Positions 1 through 7,242 of a stretch of 13,931 nucleotides of DNA are shown here, piece by piece. Both the position numbers and the translations under genes were made by a program. How positions within the stretch are numbered: position 1 is the stretch's first letter; each line of letters opens with the position of its first letter. Below the pieces are notes generated by a model. It saw nothing but the letters and a program-made list of their open reading frames with translations, was not told the DNA's origin and searched no databases. Source of the stretch: Armatimonadia bacterium (GTDB taxonomy: Bacteria; Armatimonadota; Zipacnadia; Zipacnadales; UBA11051). The stretch spans positions 1 through 13,931 of the forward strand of contig JBDKRC010000091.1 in NCBI GenBank assembly GCA_039683575.1. Direction: 5' to 3'.

Positions 1-212
1 TGCTGGGCTCTGATCGTCAGGGAGGCCATGTCGGCGCCGCGGAAGATGGCACGGTCTACTTCGACAGGTGGGGCAGCGGCGGACATGCCCTCCATCCATG
101 GCCAGTCGGTCACGCCGTCGGCGAAGGAGCCGTTGGTGAGAAGATTCGGGGCCGAGTGAACTGCGAGGGTAGGCAGGAGCGTCAGGCAGAAGATGATGAT
201 GAAGGTTCGCAT
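1..212 (-). CDS. 5' part of a secreted protein with a CBM4/9-like carbohydrate-binding N-terminal domain (runs off the window edge)
   Basis: Not in the ORF track. Manual translation from ATG at 212 gives MRTFIIIFCLTLLPTLAVHSAPNLLTNGSFADGVTDWPWMEG..., open to base 1. A hydrophobic signal peptide (..AVHSA) is followed by an 'NLLxNGSF..G..xW' motif typical of CBM4/9-like modules. Confidence 0.75.
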   Translation of the reverse strand, partial: MRTFIIIFCLTLLPTLAVHSAPNLLTNGSFADGVTDWPWMEGMSAAAPPVEVDRAIFRGADMASLTIRAQ

Positions 213-316
213 GGCTTCACCGTGGCTAAGGATGCGGGGCGGCGGTGCCGAGAAGGTTCCACAGACACGGACGAAGTCCTGTTTGTGACGATAACGCGAC
301 CTTAACCCGGGTCAGG

Positions 317-344
317 TTAGACCCTAACACCATCTGGGTATGAT
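317..344 (+). promoter_or_regulatory. Putative sigma70-type promoter for the small Cys-rich gene, overlapped by an inverted repeat
   Basis: TTAGAC (317-322), 16-nt spacer, TATGAT (339-344). The inverted repeat GTTAG-ACC-CTAAC (316-328) overlaps the -35 box. Confidence 0.45.
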
Positions 345-387
345 AGAAGAAGAAGCAGATGCATCGGAAGGCAGAGGAGAGATAAGA

Positions 388-582
388 ATGCAGGCGCAGA
401 CTCGGAAACAGGAGCGGAAGGTGCGGTTTGTGGCGAAGCGGGTGGCCAGCAGCTACACGTGCCCGCAGTGCCGGGCGTACAACAAGACGATCGGGTGCAC
501 GCAGTGTGGGTGGACGCCGGATACCAGTGTGGCCTTCGCCGGGGCGGATATCTCGCGGGATGACCGCATCGTCTGCTGCTGA
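388..582 (+). CDS. Small zinc-ribbon-like protein (64 aa, CxxC-x8-CxxC, C-terminal CC)
   Basis: ATG at 388 is preceded by SD-like GAGGAG, so it is preferred over the ORF-track start at 340. Protein has CPQC and CTQC motifs, a basic N-terminus and ends ..RIVCC. A terminator hairpin lies downstream. Confidence 0.7.
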   Translation: MQAQTRKQERKVRFVAKRVASSYTCPQCRAYNKTIGCTQCGWTPDTSVAFAGADISRDDRIVCC

Positions 583-651
583 TGGGAGGTAACCGGCGCC
601 TGAGGTGGGGATAGCGACGCAGAGGCGCTTGATCATAGGGATGGCGAGAGC

Positions 652-681
652 GAGAACGCGGCCTGAGAAGGCCGCGTTCTC
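652..681. terminator. Hairpin between convergent genes, likely bidirectional terminator
   Basis: Perfect 13-bp stem GAGAACGCGGCCT / AGGCCGCGTTCTC with a GAGA (GNRA) loop, between stops at 582 (+) and 701 (-). Confidence 0.75.
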
Positions 682-700
682 TGGTTCTTCCGGTTCGGCA

Positions 701-1786
701 TCAGCCCAGCAGGAACAGAAGCATGTCGGCCTGCATATAGGCGCACTCGGTAATCTCTTCGCCGACGTCGCGCATGGGGAGCAGCCCGGAGGCGGTGCGC
801 AAGGAGAGGGTGTAGTTCAGCAGCCGTGAGGCAGCTTCCGCGTTGGCCTCTCCCGGGATGCGGCGCAGGACGTGCGCGGTCAGCGCATAGGTCCAGACGT
901 TGTGTTTGGCGGTGGAAGTCTCGTTTTCTTCCCAGAGCAGCGAACCGTCGGGGCCGACGCAGGAGCGGAGGAAGCTGGCGGCGTTGTCGAGAGCCTGCTG
1001 GACCGCGTCGGCTGGTGCGAGATCGTTGCGATAGTACTCGGGCAGTATGTCGAGGGTGTTGAGGAGGCACCACACGACGAGCGAGGTATAGTTGATCGTG
1101 ACACCGTTGTTGGCGCGATAGGGGAAGCAACCGCTCGGCCACTGCTCGGCGAGAGTGTGGTTGATGGTGCGCCTGGCGCCCTGGTAGAAGATATTGAGCG
1201 TGCGGCCGTAGACCTCGCGCAGGGCGGTGAAGATCGCAGCGAGTGATTCGCCAGCGTGCAGGTTGGCGTTCAGCGTGTCATAGGGCGAGCGCTCATGGTG
1301 GGGGAAGATCCCTGAACCGGCGGGCCATTCGAGGCCGAGGTACCAGTGGCCGGCACGCTGCAGACAATCCAGGTAGCTCTTCTTGGGGGGCAGGCCGCGC
1401 AGGAGGGCGTTCGCAAGGCCGTGGACGACGAAGGAGGTCTCGATGGTGGAGCATTCCTCGAGGCCAGTGAACTCCCAGTCCGAAGGCTTTTCGTTGTTCT
1501 GGATCTCGAGGTAGCCACCGCTGGGGCGCTGGCCGGTGACGACCCAATCGAAGGCCTGCTCGGCGCGGCGGAGGAGGTCGTCATCGCCCCGCTCCTTGCC
1601 CACGAGCCAGAAGCCCAGGCCGGCACTGCCCGCGCCGCGGTAGTGGTGGGCTCCGCCGCCATGCCAGTCGAGCAGAGGGCCGTGGTAGGCTTTCTCGCTC
1701 CAGAGCGAGCCATAGTACTGGCCGGGGGTGAAGTCCTGGGCGCGCTTGAGGTAGTCTATGATGGCCTGGGTGGTGGCGGTGGGCAT
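701..1786 (-). CDS. Alpha/alpha-toroid protein (prenyltransferase/squalene-cyclase-repeat or six-hairpin glycosidase-like), function unknown
   Basis: Likely start MPTATTQ (ATG at 1786; 361 aa). Recurrent helix-end motifs DWVVTGQRPSGGY, WYLGLEWPAGSGIFP, TLAEQWPSGCFPY, FLRSCVGPDGSLLW and LSLRTASGLLP. No signal peptide. Confidence 0.65.
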   Translation of the reverse strand: MPTATTQAIIDYLKRAQDFTPGQYYGSLWSEKAYHGPLLDWHGGGAHHYRGAGSAGLGFWLVGKERGDDDLLRRAEQAFDWVVTGQRPSGGYLEIQNNEKPSDWEFTGLEECSTIETSFVVHGLANALLRGLPPKKSYLDCLQRAGHWYLGLEWPAGSGIFPHHERSPYDTLNANLHAGESLAAIFTALREVYGRTLNIFYQGARRTINHTLAEQWPSGCFPYRANNGVTINYTSLVVWCLLNTLDILPEYYRNDLAPADAVQQALDNAASFLRSCVGPDGSLLWEENETSTAKHNVWTYALTAHVLRRIPGEANAEAASRLLNYTLSLRTASGLLPMRDVGEEITECAYMQADMLLFLLG

Positions 1787-1849
1787 GATGGGGAGGGTTC
1801 GGCGGGGGAGGGGAGGGGACCTGCGGGATAAGCCCATTGCCATGAAACG

Positions 1850-2239
1850 CTAGACCCGGCGGCTCACCCATTCCACGACCTGAAGCGCTAAGGCGGCAGC
1901 CAGCTTCCACTCATCCACAGCGACTGGTTCTTCGGAGGATGGGTACCGAGTGAGAACCGCGTGACTCGTCAGCGCGGCACTTCCGGCGATCTCGCCAATA
2001 TTGGGTTCATATGCTGCCAAGCGGTCGAGGAGGACCTGAATGCTATGGACGTATGGGGGCTCCTGATCGTAGTGCAGCAGCAGGGCTTTCAGGGCTTTCT
2101 CGGCAGCCTGCTGAGCGTGAAAGCAGGCCTGTTCATATCCCACCCCGACGGGTGGCGTCATCTCCGCATAGGCCAGATCGGCGCGCGCGGCTTGCAGCCA
2201 TCGTTCAACGACGGCGGGATCAGGTCCCGGGTTGGACAT
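1850..2239 (-). CDS. HEPN domain protein (toxin-like partner of an MNT-HEPN module)
   Basis: 129 aa with WLQAARADL, ACFHAQQAAEKALKALL, HSIQVLL and LTRYP, typical of PF05168-type HEPN. Its start overlaps the upstream MNT gene by 20 nt. Confidence 0.9.
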   Translation of the reverse strand: MSNPGPDPAVVERWLQAARADLAYAEMTPPVGVGYEQACFHAQQAAEKALKALLLHYDQEPPYVHSIQVLLDRLAAYEPNIGEIAGSAALTSHAVLTRYPSSEEPVAVDEWKLAAALALQVVEWVSRRV

Positions 2240-2558
2240 ACAGATCAGTCCCCTCTCTCACGACGTTGCGATAGATCAGCCCTTTCGTGTCGCCATATCT
2301 TTCCAGATCACCAGGCGTCGCCACGACGATATCTATTGGGACTCCCAACCCCAGCATTCTGACGTAGAGTTGTCCTTGGGTCTTGCGACGATTCGTTCCC
2401 TCCGGCATGACAACCAACACGTCAATGTCGCTATCAGGTCCTGCCTCGCCTCGCGCTGCGGAGCCAAACAGGATGATTCGCAGCGGCTGAACCGCTTCGA
2501 CTATCCTTCGGACCAACTCCTCCAGTTTGAGATGCTGGCTCTGCGCAACGGTGGTCAT
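2220..2558 (-). CDS. Minimal nucleotidyltransferase (MNT) antitoxin-like protein
   Basis: IILFGSAARGEAGPDSDIDVLVV is the GS-x10-DxD Pol-beta NTase motif, with a third Asp in PIDIVV. Start placed at ATG 2558 (112 aa) because TATAAT lies 9 nt upstream. Confidence 0.9.
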   Translation of the reverse strand: MTTVAQSQHLKLEELVRRIVEAVQPLRIILFGSAARGEAGPDSDIDVLVVMPEGTNRRKTQGQLYVRMLGLGVPIDIVVATPGDLERYGDTKGLIYRNVVREGTDLYVQPGT

Positions 2559-2567
2559 GGTGAGAGG

Positions 2568-2597
2568 ATTATAGGGCAAGAGGGGCGACAAGAGCAA
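2568..2597 (-). promoter_or_regulatory. Promoter of the MNT-HEPN operon (near-leaderless)
   Basis: Minus strand reads TTGCTC (2597-2592), 18 nt, TATAAT (2573-2568), 9 nt, ATG. No Shine-Dalgarno sequence. Confidence 0.6.
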
Positions 2598-2632
2598 CGG
2601 GCGCGGCCACCATTGGCCGCGCCCCTCTTGTC
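2587..2632 (-). terminator. Hairpin downstream of fucI, likely terminator
   Basis: 11-bp stem GGGCGCGGCCA / TGGCCGCGCCC (2599-2624) with a 4-nt loop, extended by GACAAGAG / CTCTTGTC across a 4-nt bulge. Confidence 0.65.
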
Positions 2633-2633
2633 T

Positions 2634-2668
2634 TCTCTGATCCCTGACCTCTGAAACCTGACGCCTGC
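2634..2668. repeat. Degenerate heptamer tandem array (nnnCTGA x4-5)
   Basis: TCTCTGA TCCCTGA CCTCTGA AACCTGA CGCCTGC, immediately after the fucI stop. Confidence 0.65.
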
Positions 2669-2672
2669 CTCT

Positions 2673-4385
2673 CTACTTCCCTGCCAGCATGATCTTCGTG
2701 GCGTTCTCGCCGCCATTGAGGTGGTAGAGGAGCGGGGTGGGGCGGTCTACTCCCTCCATGTAGGCCGGGCGGGCCTGCCACGGGGTTACGCTCAGCACGT
2801 TCGCCAGGTCCATCCAGTACTGCAGCCGCGCGGGCTTGAGGTTCCAGGTCATGTGGAAGTGATTGGCCGGGGCGAACTGCTTGTACTCGCCCATGGTCGC
2901 GTACTTCGGCACGACCCAGGTGTGCGGCCAAGTCGGGGTGCTCGTGCTGGCTATCGCCTTCGCCAGTTCCTCGGGGAGGTCCACGGTGCAGGCCTCATCC
3001 CAGACCAGGCTGAAGGTGTTGGTCAGCGCGCTGTAGGCCATACGGGCCGCTATGCCCTCGATGCCGCCGGGGGTGATGAAACTGGCGGAGTTGCCGCCGC
3101 CGGGGAAGTAGAAGTCCTCGGCCAGCGGCATCGTTACGTTGGCCATGATCTGCTTGACGCTCGTGCCGGGCATGGCCGCCCAGTCAAAGGCCGCGCTGCC
3201 GGAGTTGTCGCCGTCTACGAGACCCTTCTGGCGCCAGAGCCCTCCCTGGTCCACATCGCCAAGGCCCATCTTGTCGGCCAGGGCGTTGATCTCCCAGGGC
3301 TCCCAGACCTTGCGGAAGTCCATGAACAGGGGCGGGTTGCCACCGCTGAGGTAGGTGAAGAACAGCATGGTGAGCAGGCCCTGGACGTCGGCTTCGGTAG
3401 CATAGGGAGTCGGAGCCTTCTTGCCATTGTGGTCGAAGGTGGCGTTGAACAAGCACTCCATGACATCAGCCACGGGCAGCGGCAGGCCGCGGCGGTCGGA
3501 GCCCCACTCAAGCTGGCTCATGAACCCGCCGCCGACTGCGTTGAGGTCTTTCATGAGGTCGCGGACGATCAGGTACATCGCCAGCGACTTCTGGAACTGC
3601 TCTTCCTGGGTGTCGTTGTGGATTTCCAGCCGGTCGCCGACCATGCGCTTGATCCAGGCGCGGAGGGCCTTGACCTCTTCGGCGTCATAGGCACCCTTGT
3701 TCAACATGTCGGCCAGGAGCTTCATGTCCAGGCGCGTGATCTCAAGGCCGAAGGTGGCGCGGGTGGGGATGATGTGGGCCAGAGCGGTCTCCATGCCCAT
3801 CGAGTCATGGCCGAAGACGACGACGCGGCGGCCTTTGAGGGCGGTCTTAGTCAGCGCGGCGTAACACCAGTCGATGAGGGCCTGCGCGGTACTCTCGGTC
3901 ATTTTGGGCTTCTGGCCGGTGTCGGGCCAGGTGCCGACGTTGAGATGCGCGAGCTTGCCGTACTGGCTGATGGCGCCGGTGACGGCCTGGGCGAAGACGA
4001 CGCCGGGCTTGGGTCCGGAGTTGCCGCAGGTGATGTTGATCGGCATGTCCTTGGGGAAGTGCGACAGCAGCGAGATGAGGCCGAGCTGCGGGAAGGCCCA
4101 GGTGTCGGGCACGCAGACGATAGCATCCACACCGGCAGCCTTGAACTGCGAGGCGACGATATCGGCCTGCGGCTCGCCGTCGACCAGGACGGGCGAGTAG
4201 ACGACATTTACGGGGCCGCCGCCGGGGGCTGTGAGCTTGTCGGCGAGGGCCTTGGCGACAAGCTCGATGATGTTGCGGCCACGCTCACGGGTTACATCAT
4301 CCACGCGCGGGTCGCCTGTAGCGCAGACGCCAATAGTGGGGATTTTGGGTTCGGCTTTATCGATGTGGGGAAGGGCGGTTAGCAT
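2673..4385 (-). CDS. fucI: L-fucose isomerase (L-fucose/D-arabinose isomerase family)
   Basis: 570 aa. PTIGV..GDPR N-terminus, DSMGM, SQLEW, and metal ligands in ATEAD (Glu), FMDFRK (Asp) and ANHFH (His), matching the FucI ATEND/FADVR/NH pattern. Also NSGS, YFPGGG and PTWPHTW. SD AAGGAG upstream. Confidence 0.88.
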   Translation of the reverse strand: MLTALPHIDKAEPKIPTIGVCATGDPRVDDVTRERGRNIIELVAKALADKLTAPGGGPVNVVYSPVLVDGEPQADIVASQFKAAGVDAIVCVPDTWAFPQLGLISLLSHFPKDMPINITCGNSGPKPGVVFAQAVTGAISQYGKLAHLNVGTWPDTGQKPKMTESTAQALIDWCYAALTKTALKGRRVVVFGHDSMGMETALAHIIPTRATFGLEITRLDMKLLADMLNKGAYDAEEVKALRAWIKRMVGDRLEIHNDTQEEQFQKSLAMYLIVRDLMKDLNAVGGGFMSQLEWGSDRRGLPLPVADVMECLFNATFDHNGKKAPTPYATEADVQGLLTMLFFTYLSGGNPPLFMDFRKVWEPWEINALADKMGLGDVDQGGLWRQKGLVDGDNSGSAAFDWAAMPGTSVKQIMANVTMPLAEDFYFPGGGNSASFITPGGIEGIAARMAYSALTNTFSLVWDEACTVDLPEELAKAIASTSTPTWPHTWVVPKYATMGEYKQFAPANHFHMTWNLKPARLQYWMDLANVLSVTPWQARPAYMEGVDRPTPLLYHLNGGENATKIMLAGK

Positions 4386-4510
4386 GGAGTCTCTCCTTGC
4401 AGAAGGCAGCTATGGGATACGACTTTGTGTTTGTTCGACACGAGGTCTGGGCACTCCTTCAGAGGGAATGAGCCGTCACACAAAGGACATGGCTGTCACA
4501 AAACGGTACC

Positions 4511-4538
4511 TTGACAACAGGGGAGGTCATTATAGACT
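4511..4538 (+). promoter_or_regulatory. Putative sigma70 promoter for the M48 peptidase gene
   Basis: Perfect TTGACA (4511-4516), 16 nt, TAGACT (4533-4538). GTCACA direct repeats lie upstream at 4475 and 4495. Confidence 0.55.
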
Positions 4539-4595
4539 ACGGACAGTAGTTTTTTGCGTACCCAGCCAGTGATCACCTCGTATCGGGGGTTCCCC

Positions 4596-5516
4596 ATGTC
4601 CTTGGCCAGACTATTCCTGCTTGTCGCCTTGCTCAGCGCGGTCTTCCAGGGCGCGGCTGAGGCCAATTTCCTTGAGGACCTGGCTCTGCAGATGATCAGT
4701 CCGGGGTGTGACCCCTCGACCGGCCAGCAGGGGATGGCGCAACTGCAGTCGCAGGGCCGGGTGAAGCCACAGTGGAACGATCCAGCAAGCATCGACGCCT
4801 GCAAGAGAATCTTCCTGCAGGTTGCTAACGGCCGGAGAATCCGACCAGCGGGTAAGTGGTGCTCAAGCCTGCAGGGCGGGGACTGGAACTGGTGGCTGGG
4901 GCTCGGAGACGATCCTGCTCAACTGGATGCCTTCACCACGGGGGGAGGGTTCATCTATGTTAACTCGGCCCTGCTTTTCGCGATGCCTGATGAAGACGCC
5001 ATCGCGGCAGTAATGGCCCATGAAATGGCTCACGGCGATCAGCGGCACCTTGCACAAGCCTTGGGCAAGGAACTCGGCGCCCTACTGCTTACCGATGTTC
5101 TGCTCCCGGATAACAACCGGTGGCAGCAGGTAGCGAGAGACTATCTGCCCCAACTGTACGGCTCGGCGCGCAGCAGAAAGCATGAGGAAGCCGCAGACAA
5201 GATATCCATGGCGTACATACGCGAGGCGGGTTTTGATCCTGCGGGAGCAATTCGGGCGATGGAGCAACTGCAGAAGCTTGATGCCAGGCGAAGCGCGAAT
5301 CTGATGGATTCGCATCCGACGCCGTCGCAGCGGGTCGCATACCTGCAGGCGGAAATCAGGAAGTATCCTTACTCAGGCGGGTCGCACGAGAAGAGCTTTG
5401 CGCAGTTGTACGAGGCGCCGAGGATAGCAGACTTGCCGAACCCGTTCGCTCAGACACCGAATGTCCTGTCCTGGTGCGGTGGGTATGTGGTGTTGCAGCC
5501 GGGCTTGTTGAGGTAA
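4596..5516 (+). CDS. Secreted M48-family zinc metallopeptidase
   Basis: Start MSLARLFLLVALLSAVFQGAAEA (signal peptide; ATG 4596). Motifs DAFTTGGGFIYVNSALL, AAVMAHEMAH (HExxH), SRKHEEAAD (third Zn ligand), AGFDP and SHPTPSQRV. Confidence 0.88.
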   Translation: MSLARLFLLVALLSAVFQGAAEANFLEDLALQMISPGCDPSTGQQGMAQLQSQGRVKPQWNDPASIDACKRIFLQVANGRRIRPAGKWCSSLQGGDWNWWLGLGDDPAQLDAFTTGGGFIYVNSALLFAMPDEDAIAAVMAHEMAHGDQRHLAQALGKELGALLLTDVLLPDNNRWQQVARDYLPQLYGSARSRKHEEAADKISMAYIREAGFDPAGAIRAMEQLQKLDARRSANLMDSHPTPSQRVAYLQAEIRKYPYSGGSHEKSFAQLYEAPRIADLPNPFAQTPNVLSWCGGYVVLQPGLLR

Positions 5517-5698
5517 CATCGAGGCTGATGCCCTACATGGCAGGCTGGACATCTGAGAAACTACCTTCAGGCACGTTCGGGAGAAGGAAGATTCCTCGTC
5601 CGCAGCGCATTTACTCGGTTTGGGGCACCATGGCTGCTTTAGTTTTGTCGCATCCGACTACCTGGATGTAGGTTGGTAGCAGAGCCAGGGAGGGCATC

Positions 5699-6901
5699 AT
5701 GCAGAGAAACGCGCTACGATTGGTATTGATCGGCGTCGCGCTCGCCGTCATGTCGCCTATGGCGGCTGCCGACCCGATTGACGATGCCGTGCAACAAGCC
5801 AAAGCTACCGGCAAGAATGTACTCGTTGATTTCTGGGCGGGGTGGTGTCCGTGGTGCATCAAGATGGACGCTACGTTCAACGACCCTAACGTGGCGGCGC
5901 TTGTGCAGAAGAGCTTCATCTATGTCAAGCTCGACTGCGGCCAAGGCGAGAAGTACCGGGAGCGGCAGCAGCAGGTTGGGCTGGATGGCTATCCGTTGCT
6001 GGTTGTAGTGGACCAGAACTTCAAGATGATCGGCAAGCAGAGCGGGTATCTGCCTGTTGTTCAGTGTATTGATTTCCTGATGAAGTACGTGAAGAATGGC
6101 GGTGGAGGCGTGCTCGGACCGGGGGGGCCCCCTGTGCCGCCGGAGCCGAGCGGACCGTCGATGAGTGGCGTATGGATCGACAATTCCGGCAACCGTTGGC
6201 AGATACAGAATAACTATGTGACGATCAGCCAGGGCGGCCAGACGATCCTTCAGGGTCCGCTCACGCGCGTCACGAACAATCAGTATACGCTCAACGGTGG
6301 CAACCTGACGTTGAACCTGACCATCAACAACATTAACACCACCAACGTAAGCATCACCATGAGTACAAACGATGGGCGGCGTGAGGATGTGTCTCTTCGC
6401 AGAGAGGGACAAGGTGGAGGAGGGATACTCGGTGGCGGTGGAAACGCAGGTGGCGGCGGAGTAGGCGAGCCCGTCGGCGAACCGACCGGGGAGTGGGAGT
6501 ATCTGAGTAAGCTGTCTTCCGACCGGTGGGGAGGATGGATACAGGACAATGTCAGTTTCGAAGGGAACACACTTGCCAACTCATACTATGGCAATCTCGG
6601 TTACACGGAAATTCAAAAAGTCTTTCTGACATCTACGTTTCAGCATCCAGGCCAACCTCGTCTACTGGATGTTCGGATAGGAGTGTCCGATACATCGCAA
6701 CCAGATGCACAGTACCTGGTGCAGATCAGGCTGGACAACCAGGCACCGCGTGAGTTTAGGGTCGGCTTGCGATCGTCAATGGTAGCAAGGCTATCCCTTG
6801 ATGGAGTAGGTCGCATTGAGTTCACGGCCAAAATGCTGGCCGGCAAGTTTGGCGGCTGGACCGATGTACCCGTTTTGGTAGAACCGAAAGTCTACTACTA
6901 G
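5699..6901 (+). CDS. Secreted multidomain protein: thioredoxin-like (WCPWC) + beta-rich domain + NPCBM/NEW2-like C-terminal domain
   Basis: Signal peptide ending MAAA and VLVDFWAGWCPWC with cis-Pro loop GYP. Gly/Pro linkers separate the modules. C-terminal YLSKL...IGVSD...IRLDNQ...LSLDGVGRIEF resembles NPCBM. SD GGGAGG. Confidence 0.8.
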   Translation: MQRNALRLVLIGVALAVMSPMAAADPIDDAVQQAKATGKNVLVDFWAGWCPWCIKMDATFNDPNVAALVQKSFIYVKLDCGQGEKYRERQQQVGLDGYPLLVVVDQNFKMIGKQSGYLPVVQCIDFLMKYVKNGGGGVLGPGGPPVPPEPSGPSMSGVWIDNSGNRWQIQNNYVTISQGGQTILQGPLTRVTNNQYTLNGGNLTLNLTINNINTTNVSITMSTNDGRREDVSLRREGQGGGGILGGGGNAGGGGVGEPVGEPTGEWEYLSKLSSDRWGGWIQDNVSFEGNTLANSYYGNLGYTEIQKVFLTSTFQHPGQPRLLDVRIGVSDTSQPDAQYLVQIRLDNQAPREFRVGLRSSMVARLSLDGVGRIEFTAKMLAGKFGGWTDVPVLVEPKVYY

Positions 6902-7242
6902 CGTCGTAAAGCCGCATTTGTAACGGAGATCAAGCGATGTTTCATTGGGCGCCTATCGCCTGCGGGTTTGCGTGCTACTGGGGGAAGCGGAAGAGGTAGC
7001 TGACAACATACAAGAAGTAGACAACCACGGCAATGCGCGGGGCCAACATTTACGTATCGGATCGGGAGCCGGGGTCGTGACGATTGCGATATTGTCAACA
7101 TGATCGCGACTATTCTGGCACTGATGGTGAAGAAGAAGCCAAAAGCCGCCTTGACCGGGTGTCTGGCCAGGGCGGATTACGGGGCGTAATCGCAACATTG
7201 GTTAAGGTCGGTTGAAGCAACAACAGGCAGGACTCGGCCACT

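Noticed and set aside
580..603. Possible selenocysteine read-through (CC-TGA-WEVTGA-TGA)
   Set aside because: No convincing SECIS-like hairpin follows the TGA, and the extension is only a few residues.
701..1786. LanC-like lanthionine cyclase call
   Set aside because: The WCxG/CHG zinc-ligand motifs are absent and there is no dehydratase gene nearby.
2721..4382. 553-aa plus-strand ORF
   Set aside because: It is the antisense shadow of fucI in the mirrored frame, expected from high-GC codon bias, and has no recognisable motifs. The same applies to 12331..13191, 11599..12282, 7792..8448 and 5714..6412.
6902..7242. Small ORFs or an ncRNA in the 340-bp gap (e.g. MIATILALMVKKKPK.. at 7100-7189)
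   Set aside because: No SD, no motif and only a short 7-bp hairpin, so it cannot be supported from sequence alone.
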